DNA of 63,958 nt, the filler included, from an uncultured bacterium (GTDB taxonomy: Bacteria; CAYJOG01): assembly GCA_964371695.1 (NCBI GenBank). It is 15 parts of 15 records of this genome, joined end to end, with 100 filler letters (N's around TTAATTAATTAA, not from the genome) between each part and the next. Parts side by side here need not be neighbours in the genome. Positions count along the whole stretch, not along the records: positions 26,176 to 30,409 come from CAYJOG010000310.1; positions 30,510 to 34,715 come from CAYJOG010000311.1; positions 34,816 to 39,015 come from CAYJOG010000312.1; 12 more parts are not named here. The stretch is one strand, 5' to 3'. Below the pieces are notes generated by a model that saw nothing but the letters and a program-made list of their open reading frames with translations, made no database searches and had not been told where the DNA came from. Made by a program: the position numbers and the translations under genes. Shown here piece after piece: positions 28,231-39,115 of the stretch; the first letter of the stretch is position 1; each line of letters opens with the position of its first letter.

Positions 28231-28620
28231 ATGACCACTTTCAACGGTTTGAGCTCCGCCGACGCCAAGGCTTTCTGCGCAAAATGGCTGCCCGCCTGGA
28301 CGGGCAACGACCCGGCCCTGCTGGCCAGTTTTTACACCGAAGACGTGGTGTATCTGGACGCCGCCGTGCCCCAGGGCCTTGCGGGCAAACCGGCCCTGTT
28401 GGCCTATTTCACTCGCCTTCTGGCAAAGTATCCCGACTGGGTGTGGACCAACGAAGAGGCCATTCCCCTGGAAGACGGTTTTCTGAACCTGTGGCAGGCC
28501 GTGATTCCCAAGCCCAGCGGCGAAGTGGTGTGCCGGGGTGTGTGTTTTGTGCAGATGCGGGATGGCCTGATCTATCGCAACCAGGTGTATTTCGACCGCT
28601 CGGCCCTGCTGGGCAAATAG
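28231..28620 (+). CDS. SnoaL/NTF2-like protein
   Basis: WLPAWTGND..FYTEDVVYLD, GLIYRNQVYFDR. Confidence 0.85.
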   Translation: MTTFNGLSSADAKAFCAKWLPAWTGNDPALLASFYTEDVVYLDAAVPQGLAGKPALLAYFTRLLAKYPDWVWTNEEAIPLEDGFLNLWQAVIPKPSGEVVCRGVCFVQMRDGLIYRNQVYFDRSALLGK

Positions 28621-28628
28621 GGACGGCG

Positions 28629-29741
28629 TTGCCAGCACCGGGGAGTTTTGAAATATTGGCCCAGTCGGCCGCCGCCCGCGCCGGTGTGTTTCATACCCGC
28701 AGCGGATCCCACGCCACGCCCATGTTCATGCCCGTGGGCACCAGCGCCACGGTGCGGGGTTTGTGGCCCGGTCAACTGGAGCAGGCCGGGGCCAGCCTGA
28801 TGCTGGTGAATGCCTATCACCTGTGGGTGCGTCCTGGCCCGGAGGTGGTGGCCCGCCATGGCGGCGTGGGGCCCATGATGGGGTGGGGGAAGGGGCTTCT
28901 GGCCGACAGCGGCGGGTTCCAGGCCTTTTCCCTCAGCAAGCTGGTGAAGATGCAGGAGTGGGGTGTGCGGTTTCAGAGCCATGTGGACGGCCGCCCGCTG
29001 CATCTTTCTCCCGAAACGGTTTATGACATCAACCGGGTGCTGGACACCGACTGTGTGATGCCCCTGGACATCTGCCTGAGCGCCCCCGCTGGTTATCAAG
29101 AGAGCGTCGCAGCGGTGGACCGCACACTGCGCTGGCTTGAGCGCAGCCGGGCGGGATTGCTCAGCCCCCATCAGGTGCGGTTTGGCATTGCCCAGGGCGG
29201 GGTTTACCCAGACCTGCGCCGTCTCAGCACCCGCCACACCGTGGCGTTGGGGGTGCAGGCCCTGGCCATTGGCGGGCTTTCGGTGGGAGAGGACAAAAAC
29301 GCCACCTGGGCGGCGCTGCAGGACGGCCTGGAGGAAGCCCCGCCCCATCTGGTGCGTTACCTCATGGGCATGGGCACACCGGCGGATCTGGTGCGGGCGG
29401 TGGGCCTGGGGGCGGATATTTTTGACTGCGTGTTGCCCACCCGCCTGGGGCGGCACGGCGTGGCCTATACCCACGGGGGCCGCCTGTCGCTCAAAAACGC
29501 CCGTTTTCGTCTGGATCAGTCCCCCCTGGACGAACACTGCGCCTGCCCGGTGTGCGGGGGGTTCACGCGGGCCTATCTGCGGCATCTGGTGATCGAAAAC
29601 GAAATGCTGGGTCTGGAAATGCTGAGCCTGCACAACCTGTGGTATTACCTGTCGCTGTGCGCCGAAATGCGCCGGGCCATCCTCGAAAACCGCTGGGTTG
29701 CTTTTGAAAGGGCCTTCCTTGAGAATCCGGCCCATGTTTAA
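28629..29741 (+). CDS. tgt: tRNA-guanine transglycosylase
   Basis: TPMFMPVGT, NAYHL, DSGGFQ, AIGGLSVGE, YLMGMG, FDCVLPTR, CACPVC..HL; TTG start inferred. Confidence 0.96.
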   Translation: MPAPGSFEILAQSAAARAGVFHTRSGSHATPMFMPVGTSATVRGLWPGQLEQAGASLMLVNAYHLWVRPGPEVVARHGGVGPMMGWGKGLLADSGGFQAFSLSKLVKMQEWGVRFQSHVDGRPLHLSPETVYDINRVLDTDCVMPLDICLSAPAGYQESVAAVDRTLRWLERSRAGLLSPHQVRFGIAQGGVYPDLRRLSTRHTVALGVQALAIGGLSVGEDKNATWAALQDGLEEAPPHLVRYLMGMGTPADLVRAVGLGADIFDCVLPTRLGRHGVAYTHGGRLSLKNARFRLDQSPLDEHCACPVCGGFTRAYLRHLVIENEMLGLEMLSLHNLWYYLSLCAEMRRAILENRWVAFERAFLENPAHV

Positions 29742-30291
29742 AAATAATCTTCACTACCCGGCACGCACCCTGGTTGCCGTTTTGAAAAAGGCCGGAATGG
29801 CCCTGACAGTGCTGGGGCTGTGCGCCGGTCTCTTTGTGGGCGTGGCCCGCGCCGCCGAAAGCAGCCAGGGGGTGGGTGAGCGCCTGCCCGGCGCAGCAGA
29901 GCCGCTGAATCTGGAACCCGGACAAGCCGGGGACGCCGAAGCTCCTTTGGCCGGCTCGGCGCAAAGCGGCAAAAGTGCGGCTCCAGCGGGCAAACCCCGT
30001 CAGGAACCCAGCCCCTGGGGCATGTTGGTGCCCATGCTCATCATGGTGCCGGTGTTCTGGCTCCTGGTCATCCGCCCCCAGTCGCAGCAGACAAAGGAGC
30101 GCAACAAGATGCTGGCCGCCGTTGGCCCCGGTGATGAAGTGCAGCTTTCGGGCGGCATATTGGGCACGGTGCAAAAGCTGAAGGAAGACCACAAGGTGGT
30201 GCAGATCGCCGAGGGGGTCTCCATCCGTGTGCGCAAAGACGGCGTGGCGGTGCTCAAACCCCGCGAAGCCAAAGGGTCTGCCAAGGCGTAG
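29734..30291 (+). CDS. yajC: Preprotein translocase subunit YajC with long N-terminal extension
   Basis: FWLLVIRPQ, GDEVQLSGGILGTV, IAEGVSIRV; tgt-yajC synteny. Confidence 0.88.
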   Translation: MFKNNLHYPARTLVAVLKKAGMALTVLGLCAGLFVGVARAAESSQGVGERLPGAAEPLNLEPGQAGDAEAPLAGSAQSGKSAAPAGKPRQEPSPWGMLVPMLIMVPVFWLLVIRPQSQQTKERNKMLAAVGPGDEVQLSGGILGTVQKLKEDHKVVQIAEGVSIRVRKDGVAVLKPREAKGSAKA

Positions 30292-30563
30292 TCGGCCAAG
30301 GGCAGAGGATTCACGACGGGCGACCGTTTCCCGGCCCTGTCCAAAACCCACAAGCTGCCGTCATTCCCGCGAAAGCGGTAGTCCAGTTGAAATATGGGCA
30401 GTACACCTTNNNNNNNNNNNNNNNNNNNNNNNNNNNNNNNNNNNNNNNNNNNNTTAATTAATTAANNNNNNNNNNNNNNNNNNNNNNNNNNNNNNNNNNN
30501 NNNNNNNNNCCCTGTCACCTCATGAAAACTTTACCGCATACCGGCAGACAACACAAAACGCTC

Positions 30564-30669
30564 CAGCAGATTGCTGAGAAAGTTCCTCCGGGCCTTTCTC
30601 AACCCATTCTGCTCAAGCAAGGCTCTTGCAAAATGGCGCTTTTGCAGAGTGTTTATCAACACCCTGCCA
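30564..30669. mobile_element. MITE family A, internally deleted copy
   Basis: GCCTTTCTCAACCCATT.TGCTCAAGCAAGGCTC..GCAAAATGGCGCTTTTGCAG shared with 4071-4225; ends TTTATCAACACCCTG. Confidence 0.8.
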
Positions 30670-30708
30670 CTTCATGCCATCTCAAACCCCGGCCGTCATA
30701 ATGCCTTC

Positions 30709-32058
30709 ATGCTTCCCGTCCGTTTCTTTCGTTTCATCCCCCTGCTTGCTGCCCTGGCGCTTATTTGCAACACGCCGGTGTGGGCGGGGGTGTTTTCCAG
30801 CGGCCCCGTCATTGGCCACGTCACGCACGAGAGCGCCGTGTTCTGGGCGCGGGCGGGCGCGGCGGGGGGCGCGCTCAAAATCGAGATGAGCGAAACCCCC
30901 GATTTCAAAGCAGTGCTGAGCGCCCCGCCGGTGAAGTTTGACGTGAAGCAGGACCGCACCGCCACCGCGACCATCACCGGCCTGAAACCCGCCACCACTT
31001 ATTACTGGCGCGCCTTTGCCACCGAGGCCCCCTTTGCGCCCCCCGGCGGCCTGCCCATGCGGTTTCGCACCTTTCCCTTGCCGGGGGCCAAAACTGTGGT
31101 GCGCCTGGGGTTTGGCAGTTGCAACCATGTGGTGCGCATGCCCGATTCGGGCATCTGGAACGCCGTGGCCAAGGCGGACGTGGACGCCTTTGTGTGGATG
31201 GGCGACAACATTTACGCCGACCTGATGCCTGAGCCGGTGACGCAGGACCTCTACCGCCGCGCCCGCGCCGTGCCCAGCCTGCAACAGGTGAACCTCACCG
31301 TGCCCCAATACGCCACGTGGGACGACCACGACTTTGGCAACAACGACCACGACCGCACCTTCACCGGCAAACCCCTGTTCCTCAAAATCTTCAAGCAGTA
31401 CTGGCCCAATGCGTCTTATGGCGAGGTGGAAAACCCCGGCGTATACACCCGTTTCAGCGTGGGGCCGGCAGACGTGTTTCTGCTGGACGTGCGTTATCAC
31501 CGCTCCCCCAACCGCGACCCCGACGGGCCGGAAAAAACCATGCTGGGAGACCAGCAACTGGCCTGGCTCAAGGCGGGGCTAAAAGCCAGCAAGGCCCCGG
31601 TGAAACTGCTGGTGAGCGGCTCGGCCTGGAACGACTGCACCTGCAACGGGGATAACTGGATGGTGCATGGCCACGCCCGCACCGCCCTGTTCGACTTCAT
31701 CCGCGACGAAAAAATCGGCGGCGTGGTGCTGGTGTCGGGCGACACCCATGTGGGGGAACTCAACGCCCTGCCCCGCAAGGACAAGGGGGGATATGACCTC
31801 ATCGAACTGGTGGCCAGTCCCCTCTCGAACAACCCCGACGCCGTGGAGGGTTACGCCAAGGGCGGCACGCCGCGCCTGCGGCCCGTTTATGGTGGCGGCA
31901 ACAATTTTGGCCTCATCACGGTGGACAACACCGGCAATGAAGCGGTGATTACGCTGGAACTGCGCACACCCGATGGAAAGCCGGTATGGCCGCCAGTGGT
32001 GCTCAAACAGGGCGAACTGGTGAACGGCCAGGGCGACTGGACGAAACACAAGATGTAG
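30709..32058 (+). CDS. phoD: Alkaline phosphatase D family protein
   Basis: Signal peptide; FGSC, GDNIYAD, WDDHD, LLDVRYHR, VSGDTH. Confidence 0.92.
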   Translation: MLPVRFFRFIPLLAALALICNTPVWAGVFSSGPVIGHVTHESAVFWARAGAAGGALKIEMSETPDFKAVLSAPPVKFDVKQDRTATATITGLKPATTYYWRAFATEAPFAPPGGLPMRFRTFPLPGAKTVVRLGFGSCNHVVRMPDSGIWNAVAKADVDAFVWMGDNIYADLMPEPVTQDLYRRARAVPSLQQVNLTVPQYATWDDHDFGNNDHDRTFTGKPLFLKIFKQYWPNASYGEVENPGVYTRFSVGPADVFLLDVRYHRSPNRDPDGPEKTMLGDQQLAWLKAGLKASKAPVKLLVSGSAWNDCTCNGDNWMVHGHARTALFDFIRDEKIGGVVLVSGDTHVGELNALPRKDKGGYDLIELVASPLSNNPDAVEGYAKGGTPRLRPVYGGGNNFGLITVDNTGNEAVITLELRTPDGKPVWPPVVLKQGELVNGQGDWTKHKM

Positions 32059-32078
32059 CAGGGTGTTCCAACATCCGG

Positions 32079-33128
32079 CTACTCCCCCGAAAACACGCGG
32101 TGCTGGCTGAACAACCGGGCCGCCGCCTGGGGTTGCAACACGCTCAGGCTCAGGGCCAGCAGGCAGATTTCGTCGCGCAGGGGCTGGCGGGCGTCGTCAC
32201 GCATGGCGGCGATGAGTTCCAGATAAAAGGGGTTGGCCCCCGCCCCCAGCGCCGCACGCTCCACCAGGGCCAGAAACCCCCGCAGGGTCTCCTGACGCAG
32301 GCGGGCGGGGGCACGGGCGTCCTTGTCTTTTTCTTCTTCCGCGTCGTCGTCCTCTTGCAGGGCCTCTGCCAGAAAAACGCCCCAGGCGACGTGCTGTTTT
32401 TTCATTTCGGCAAACACCCCCAGCGCGGCGGTGAGGGTGGATGCGTTCAGCCATTGCTGCACCAGCGGGGTGAGGCTGGCGGTGACCTCCGCCGCCTGGG
32501 GTTGCAACAGCGCTGTTTTAAGACGCCCCACCTGACGCCCCACGGCTTCATAAATCAGCGGAGTGCTTTCGGTGATTTCCGTGTCTGGCATCTGGGCGGC
32601 GGCCAGGGCGTCTTCAAGCGAAAGATAACCCGCCTCAAAGGGGGTGAGGCGACTGTGGATGGTGGCCAGCAGGCCGCCGGGGTTGCTGGTGGTGAGCAAA
32701 AAATGCGTACCCGGCGGGGGTTCCTCCATCACCTTCAGCAGGGTATTCATGCTTTCGGGTTTCATCAGGTCCGCCTCTTGCACCACCACGGCGCGGCGGC
32801 TGCTTTCCACGGGGCTGAAGGCCAGTTTGCCCAGCACCTCGCGCACGTCCTCCACCGGAATGGTGTTGGGCCTGGGACAGAGAAAAAGAAAATCCTGGTG
32901 GCTGGCGTTTTCAAATTTCAGGCACGAAGGGCACATGCCGCAGGGCAGCGGGGCTTTGCTCTGGTGACACAACAGGGCCTTGGCCAGCGTGCGGATGATC
33001 AGCGCCTTGCCCACACCCGGCGGGCCGCTGAGCAGCACCCCCTGGGGCACCCGCTGTGTGTTCGCCAGATGCATCAGGCGCTCTTTGAGGGCGTGGTGAC
33101 CTTCTATGCCGTTCCAGTCCGGTGACAT
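32079..33128 (-). CDS. holB: DNA polymerase III delta-prime-like clamp loader subunit
   Basis: LSGPPGVGK, LLC..PCGMCPSC, HQDF, NTLLKVMEEPP, LLATIHSR. Confidence 0.85.
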   Translation of the reverse strand: MSPDWNGIEGHHALKERLMHLANTQRVPQGVLLSGPPGVGKALIIRTLAKALLCHQSKAPLPCGMCPSCLKFENASHQDFLFLCPRPNTIPVEDVREVLGKLAFSPVESSRRAVVVQEADLMKPESMNTLLKVMEEPPPGTHFLLTTSNPGGLLATIHSRLTPFEAGYLSLEDALAAAQMPDTEITESTPLIYEAVGRQVGRLKTALLQPQAAEVTASLTPLVQQWLNASTLTAALGVFAEMKKQHVAWGVFLAEALQEDDDAEEEKDKDARAPARLRQETLRGFLALVERAALGAGANPFYLELIAAMRDDARQPLRDEICLLALSLSVLQPQAAARLFSQHRVFSGE

Positions 33129-33228
33129 GGCGGGTGAATGATAGAGCCGAAAAGGTTGGAGGATGGAAGCTGGAACAGGAAAAGAACACCAACCGCGCCC
33201 CATCGACATGCCCGTGCTTCCTCCGGCG

Positions 33229-34540
33229 TCAGTTCTCCACCGGCCCGGCGGGCATCAGGTCCGCCACCACCGCGCCCCAGTCGTCTTCCACCTTCAGGCG
33301 GCAGAGCAGGCCGTAGATGCCGAAGCTGGTGCGGTTCAGAAAAAGGGCGTCTTTGGGCACACCGGCTTTTTCGCTGCGCTCGCGCACGCCCCAGTCCAGT
33401 TCACCAATGCGGGTGAAAACCAGATCACGTCCAAAACAAAACCCCGGCGTGTGCAGCGGGGCCACGGTGTAGCGCACGGCGGCGTAAAGCACGCGGGCGT
33501 GTTCCTCGGTGCTGGCCTGCGTGAGGTAACGGCCCTTTTTCATCCAGCGCCAGGTGTTTTCAAAATCATCCTTCAGGGCGTACATCACGATGTTGTTGTG
33601 GGCCTGAAAAAACGCAGGAGGCAGGGTTTTGACCGAGCCGAAATCCAGCACACCCAGGCGGCCATCGGGCAAAAACATGAAGTTGCCGGGGTGCGGGTCG
33701 GCGTGCAACACGCCCTTTTGCAGCACGGTGGCGGCAAAAAACCGCATCAGCGCCCGGCCCCACAACTGGCGCAGTTCGGGACNNNNNNNNNNGCTCGGCC
33801 TCGTCAATGCTCAGGCCCACCAATCGCTCCGAAGTGAGAAGGCGCTGAGTGGAAAGCTCCGGCACCGGCGTGGGAAACACCACTTCTTCCAGGTGGCCGT
33901 ACAGCTCCTTGAAACGAATCAGGTTGGCCACTTCGTTGCGATAATCCAGTTCTTCACGCAGGCGGTCGTTCAGTTCCAGCAAAAGGTGATCAAACCGCAC
34001 GCGGCTGTCTACCATGAACGCGCCGGTGGCGATGAGCAGCTTCAGGTTCGCCAGGTCGCTGCGGATAGTGCGGTCAATGCCCGGATACTGCACCTTCACC
34101 ACCACGTCCAGGCCGTTTTTGAGCGTGGCGGCGTGTACCTGGCCAATGCTGGCGGCCCCCAGGGGGGTGAACTCAAACGTGGCGAACAGGTTTTGTGGTT
34201 CGTCTTTCAGTTCGCGCTTGAACACCTGCAACAACTGCTTGTGGGTCATGGGGGGCACGTGGTCGTCAAACTCGTCAATCACGGCCCGTGCGGCGGGGGG
34301 CAGCAGGTGGGCGTGGGCGTGCAGCATCTGGGCGAACTTCATGGCCGCGCCCTTCATGGTGCCCAGGGTCTTGAGCAGGCGCGCCACCTGCCGGGCCAGA
34401 TATTCGTCGTCCACAAAAAACCGGGCCGGGTTGTCCGTGCCGTTTTCGGGGGCGGTGGCGGGGCGGTCCATTTTCATGCGCGCCGCCATCACCCCCAGCC
34501 GGGTGAGGCGTTCCCATCTGCCTGTGGCCATGCGCGCCAT
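33229..34540 (-). CDS. ABC1/UbiB (AarF) family atypical kinase; split by the 10-N gap at 33783-33792
   Basis: MKGAAMKFAQ, AASIGQVH, VKVQYPG, EELDY, HADPHPGNF, LDFG. Confidence 0.92.
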
Positions 34541-34815
34541 GGGGCCTATTTTCGCACAACCCCCGCCAACCTGGAGGGGGGAATGGTTATTTCTCTGGCA
34601 GTGTGGCAAGGCCCGCCGCGCTGGCGTCGGGCCAGCGGCGGGGCGGTTCTGAGTTAATCAGGCTTTTTTCCTCAGCGTTAAGTTTTTCCCACACTTCATC
34701 CATGTGGTCCAGCACNNNNNNNNNNNNNNNNNNNNNNNNNNNNNNNNNNNNNNNNNNNNTTAATTAATTAANNNNNNNNNNNNNNNNNNNNNNNNNNNNN
34801 NNNNNNNNNNNNNNN

Positions 34816-36695
34816 GCGCCACCGCCACCACCGCCACCACCAACGCCAACGGCCAGTGGACAGCTTCCATCAGCAACGCGGGTGACTATTACGTGGCCGC
34901 CATCAACGCCACGGGCTACAGCTTCACGGTCATGCTCAACACGCTTTCCTGCGGAGCGAAAACCTCCACCGCTTCGCTGGGCGCCACGGCGACCCCTGCG
35001 GGCCTGCCCACCGCCAGCACCAGCGCCCAGTGGACCACCAACGCCAATCTGGTGGCCGCAAGCACCACCGACACCGGCAGCCTGCTGGTGTTGGCCACCG
35101 TCAACGACAGCGGCCAGACCACCGCCCCCAACGCCACCGGCCTTTCGGTGAGCGTGGCGAGCGCCACCCACCCCACCGGCCGCACCGGCACCGCCATCAC
35201 CGGCGTGCTCACGGGCAGCAAAAGCGTGAACGTGGTGCTGGCCACCGGCAGCGGGCTTGAAACCCCCACCGCCCAGACCGCCACCGTTGTGGCGGGCGGC
35301 ACCGTCACCGCCAGCTTCACGCTGGACCGCGTGGTGAGCGCCATCAACATGACCAACGGCACCGCCAGCAGCGGCAGCACCCACAATCTGGCCACCACCT
35401 GCAATCTGGCCGCCGTCAGCGCGGGCAGCGTCACCCTGAGCGCTTCGAGCGCGGTCACCTGCCCCGCCAGCAAAACCATCACCTACGCGCTTAGCCCCAG
35501 CACGGGCACGGTGTCGCCGGGGGGTGTGTACACGGCTCCCACCAGCATCACCACCGCCAGCACCGTCACCGTCACGGCCACCACTACATCGGGTGGCTCC
35601 ACCGTCACCGGCACCGCCAGCCTGAGCCTGTCGCCCTGCCCCACCGCCACGCCCGACGCCATTCCCGGCGGCGGCTGCGGCGTGCTGAAAACCGTGACCA
35701 CGGCCGTGACCGATGCGGCCCCCCAGCAGCACACCACCAAAACCCTGGCGCTCACCGCCGCTTGCAGCTATGACACCAACGGCGACAGCGTGGGAGACAA
35801 CACCAAGGACTGCACCAGCAGCGCCACCTTCTTTAACGGCACCACCCAACTCACCGGCGCGACCCTTTCTCTGGCCACCGCCGGAGCGGCCAGCATCACC
35901 GCCCGCGTGAGCGCCGCCGCCGGAAACGTTACCAGCACCGCTCTGGCCGTGAACGTGCAGAGCCGCAGCCTGTCGAGCATTTCGCTCGTGGCGAGCGACG
36001 GCACGGTGAGCTACACCACCGGCAGCGCCAGCCCGGCCACCATCACCATCACACCCACCTGCGCCTACAACACCGGCACCACCTATGCCGAGTCGCTCAA
36101 CTGCACCACCATCGGCGAGTCGCTCAACAAGACCGCCACCACGGGCACACTCACCACCGACACCTACACACCGCCCGCCACCACGCCTGACACCGACACC
36201 ACCGTCACCATCACCTACAGCAAAACAGGCACCGCCATCACCGCCAGCACCACGGTTATTCTCTCAGCCGGTCCCCAGAGCTGCACGGGCATCAGCACCT
36301 TCTGCGTAGATCTTTCCGAAGGCAGCGGCGCGGCAGCCACTGCGGTTGACTTCTCCGTGACCGGCGCGAACCTGCCCACCGGCGGCCTCGCCGGGGCCAC
36401 CCTGGTGTTCACACTGCCCACGGGTGTCACCGCCAGCGCCATCACCGCAGGCACGGGCTGGACCATCCAGACCAGCGACATCGCCACGTCGGGCCGCTTC
36501 TCGGTGGTGCTCACCGCGGGCACGGCGGTCACCAGCAACACCACCTTCATCACCGTGAAACTCACGGGGGCGAGCGCGGGTGTACACACGGTTTCGCCCG
36601 TCACCACCGGCACCCCCCGCAGCAGCTTCACCGACAACAACGCCAACCTCGTCACCACCGTCTCGATGCGCACCGGCAAACTCACGGTTCCGTAA
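34816..36695 (+). CDS. Large Thr/Ala/Ser-rich extracellular beta-sandwich protein with C-terminal cohesin-like domain, 5'-truncated
   Basis: Long ORF with strong ACC/GCC codon bias, Ig-like segments and paired Cys; C-terminal GLAGATLVFTLPTGVT..FITVKL..SSFTDNNANLV. Confidence 0.75.
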
Positions 36696-36716
36696 ATCAG
36701 ACACAAGGAGCAACCC

Positions 36717-37424
36717 ATGCGTTCCCTTCAAATCCATAGCGGCAAACTGCTGAAAATGGCCCTGCTGGCTTCGTGCCTGATGACAGGCCGCGCCTTTGCC
36801 CTGTGCGGCGACGTGAGCGGCGACGGTGAAATCCTGAACAACGACGTGGTGCAGGCCGCCCGCGCCAGCATCGGCACCCTCACGCTGGACGCCAGCGCCA
36901 TCAAGCGTGGCGACGTGGCCAACCCCGGCTCTGCCGCCGATGGCGAAATCCTGAACAACGACGTGGTGCTCATTGCCCGCAAGTCCATCGGCCTGATTGC
37001 CGAGAACCTTGCCTGCAACGAAGCCATCACGCCGGGCAGCACCATCAGCATTCCCATCGCCTTCACCGGCGGCGCGGCGACGGGTTACAAGGCTTTTCAG
37101 GTGACGGTGAGTGTGACGGGCACCGCTGGGGCCACGCTGGACACCACCCAGACCACCCCCACCAACGCCCTGAGTTTTCACACCTGCCGCATGAGCGCCA
37201 CCACCGGCAAGGTGCTGTGTGTGGACACCACCGAAAAAGTCGCCAGCGGCAGCAGCACCACCCTGGCGAGCATCAACGTGAAGGTGCCCACCTCCGCCGC
37301 CGTGGGCAGCAACATCACCCTGGCTTTTGCCGATGGCCTCGCAGTAAGCACGGCGGGCACCACCTCTTCGGTCACCAATCTGGCCACCAGCACCACCAGC
37401 TTCACCGTTTCCGCCGCCCAATAA
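36717..37424 (+). CDS. Secreted dockerin + cohesin-like protein
   Basis: AAGGAG RBS; signal peptide ending AFA; GDVSGDGEILNNDVV..GDVANPGSAADGEILNNDVV duplication; then PGSTISIPI..TLASINVKV beta-sandwich. Confidence 0.78.
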   Translation: MRSLQIHSGKLLKMALLASCLMTGRAFALCGDVSGDGEILNNDVVQAARASIGTLTLDASAIKRGDVANPGSAADGEILNNDVVLIARKSIGLIAENLACNEAITPGSTISIPIAFTGGAATGYKAFQVTVSVTGTAGATLDTTQTTPTNALSFHTCRMSATTGKVLCVDTTEKVASGSSTTLASINVKVPTSAAVGSNITLAFADGLAVSTAGTTSSVTNLATSTTSFTVSAAQ

Positions 37425-37450
37425 AGGGCCACAACATCTGAGTCACCCCG

Positions 37451-37478
37451 GGGCTGGTTTTTTGACCGGCCCTTTTTT
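37451..37478 (+). terminator. Intrinsic terminator after the dockerin gene
   Basis: GGGCTGGT-tttttg-ACCGGCCC-TTTTTT. Confidence 0.8.
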
Positions 37479-37555
37479 GTTGTGGTCTGTTGTATCCTCA
37501 ACGGGTTCATTTGCAGAAAAAACCGCCGCGATAGCGCAGATTAAGAAAATATGTG

Positions 37556-37629
37556 GAGTAGGCGCGACGCCCCCGTCGCGCCGAATACTGGAAAAGCCCT
37601 TCACGGCGACGGGGGCGTCGCCGCTACTC
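37556..37629. repeat. Inverted GTAG-REP doublet
   Basis: GAGTAGGCGCGACGCCCCCGTCGCGCCG ... CGGCGACGGGGGCGTCGCCGCTACTC; related singles near 467, 25936 and 40838. Confidence 0.85.
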
Positions 37630-37667
37630 ATGTATACAAACATGATTGACATGATCCAGGAGGCCCC

Positions 37668-38918
37668 ATGCGCACCCACTTTCGCCTTGCCGCTCTGGTG
37701 ATGACGCTGCTCTGTTGCGGCCACGGCGCCCAGGCCTCTCAGGCCGCTTTCTCGGCGGGGGCGGCCAAGGTCAGCATCACGCCCAGGGATTTCAAAAAAA
37801 TATGGATCGCCGGATATGGCCAGAACCGCGCCGCCACCGGGGCGCACGATGATTTGTGGGCGCGGTGTTTTCATGTGCAGTCGGGCGAAGAAGCCCTCAC
37901 GGTGATTACGCTGGACGTGGTGGGCTTTTTTTATGACGACGTGGCGGCGGTGCGCAAGCTGCTCGCGCCCGATGGTTTCAGGCCGGAGCGGGTGCTCATC
38001 ACCAGCACCCACACCCACAGTGGCCCCGACACACTGGGTCTGTGGGGACCGAAGGAAGGCGTGCCGGGCCGCCACGAGCCTTACATCAAAACGCTGCACC
38101 AGTCCGTGGCCGCCTGCGCCCGCGCGGCCCGCAAGGCGGCGGTTCCGGCCCGCCTCAGTTACGCCGCCGGAACCATTCACGATGTTTGCCACAACGTGCG
38201 CAAGGGCGACGAATATCAGCAGGATCACGAAGCGCGGGTCATGCGCCTGTCGCGGGGTGACAACAACCAGCCGCTGCTCACGGTGGTGAACTACGGCTGC
38301 CACCCGGAGGTGATGCAGCAGAACGTGCTCACGGCAGATTTCCCCTCGGTGCTGATTGCCGATCTGGAAAAATCCACCGGCGGGCCGGTTATGTTCATCA
38401 ACGGCATTCTGGGGGGCATGGTGACACCCAAAGTGAGTGATGAAACCTGGGCCGAGATGGAGCGTGTGGGCCATTCGCTGGCCTCGCAGGTTGCTGCTCT
38501 TTTGCCGGGCCTCAGCGAGAGCGCCGCGCCCGCCCTCACCGTGGGCACGGTGTCGTTTTCGCTGCCGGTGGAAAACGAGCGTTTCATCGTGGCCGGTGCG
38601 GTGGGGGTGTTCAAACGCTCCACGGCGGGCCGCAAACTGCGCAGCGAAATCACTTTTGCCCGCCTGGGCGCTGCGGATTTCATCACCATTCCCGGCGAGG
38701 CTTTGCCCGCCTTTGGCCTGCGCATCAAAGACCTGCTGCCGGGGCGTTTCCGTTTTGTGCTGGGCCTGGGTAACGACGAACTGGGTTACATCATGGACAA
38801 CGAAGTGTTCGACCCTTCACGTTACGAAGAGTCCGTTTCGGTCGGCCCCCAAACCGGTCCCACGCTTTATCGCCTCAGCAAAAAACTGGTGCAGGACACG
38901 CTCAGGCATCAATGGTGA
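37668..38918 (+). CDS. Secreted neutral/alkaline ceramidase-like hydrolase
   Basis: AGAAKVSITP, GAHDDLWAR, STHTHSGPD, NYGCHPE, TIPGE, GLGNDELGY. Confidence 0.8.
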   Translation: MRTHFRLAALVMTLLCCGHGAQASQAAFSAGAAKVSITPRDFKKIWIAGYGQNRAATGAHDDLWARCFHVQSGEEALTVITLDVVGFFYDDVAAVRKLLAPDGFRPERVLITSTHTHSGPDTLGLWGPKEGVPGRHEPYIKTLHQSVAACARAARKAAVPARLSYAAGTIHDVCHNVRKGDEYQQDHEARVMRLSRGDNNQPLLTVVNYGCHPEVMQQNVLTADFPSVLIADLEKSTGGPVMFINGILGGMVTPKVSDETWAEMERVGHSLASQVAALLPGLSESAAPALTVGTVSFSLPVENERFIVAGAVGVFKRSTAGRKLRSEITFARLGAADFITIPGEALPAFGLRIKDLLPGRFRFVLGLGNDELGYIMDNEVFDPSRYEESVSVGPQTGPTLYRLSKKLVQDTLRHQW

Positions 38919-39115
38919 CAGGCGTTGTTGCATGAATGGGTGAAGCCCTTCAAAAACTGATATCAGCCGGGGCCGCAGGCCCCCACCGCGAACCCCCTTT
39001 GGGGGTTTGGGGTTTNNNNNNNNNNNNNNNNNNNNNNNNNNNNNNNNNNNNNNNNNNNNTTAATTAATTAANNNNNNNNNNNNNNNNNNNNNNNNNNNNN
39101 NNNNNNNNNNNNNNN

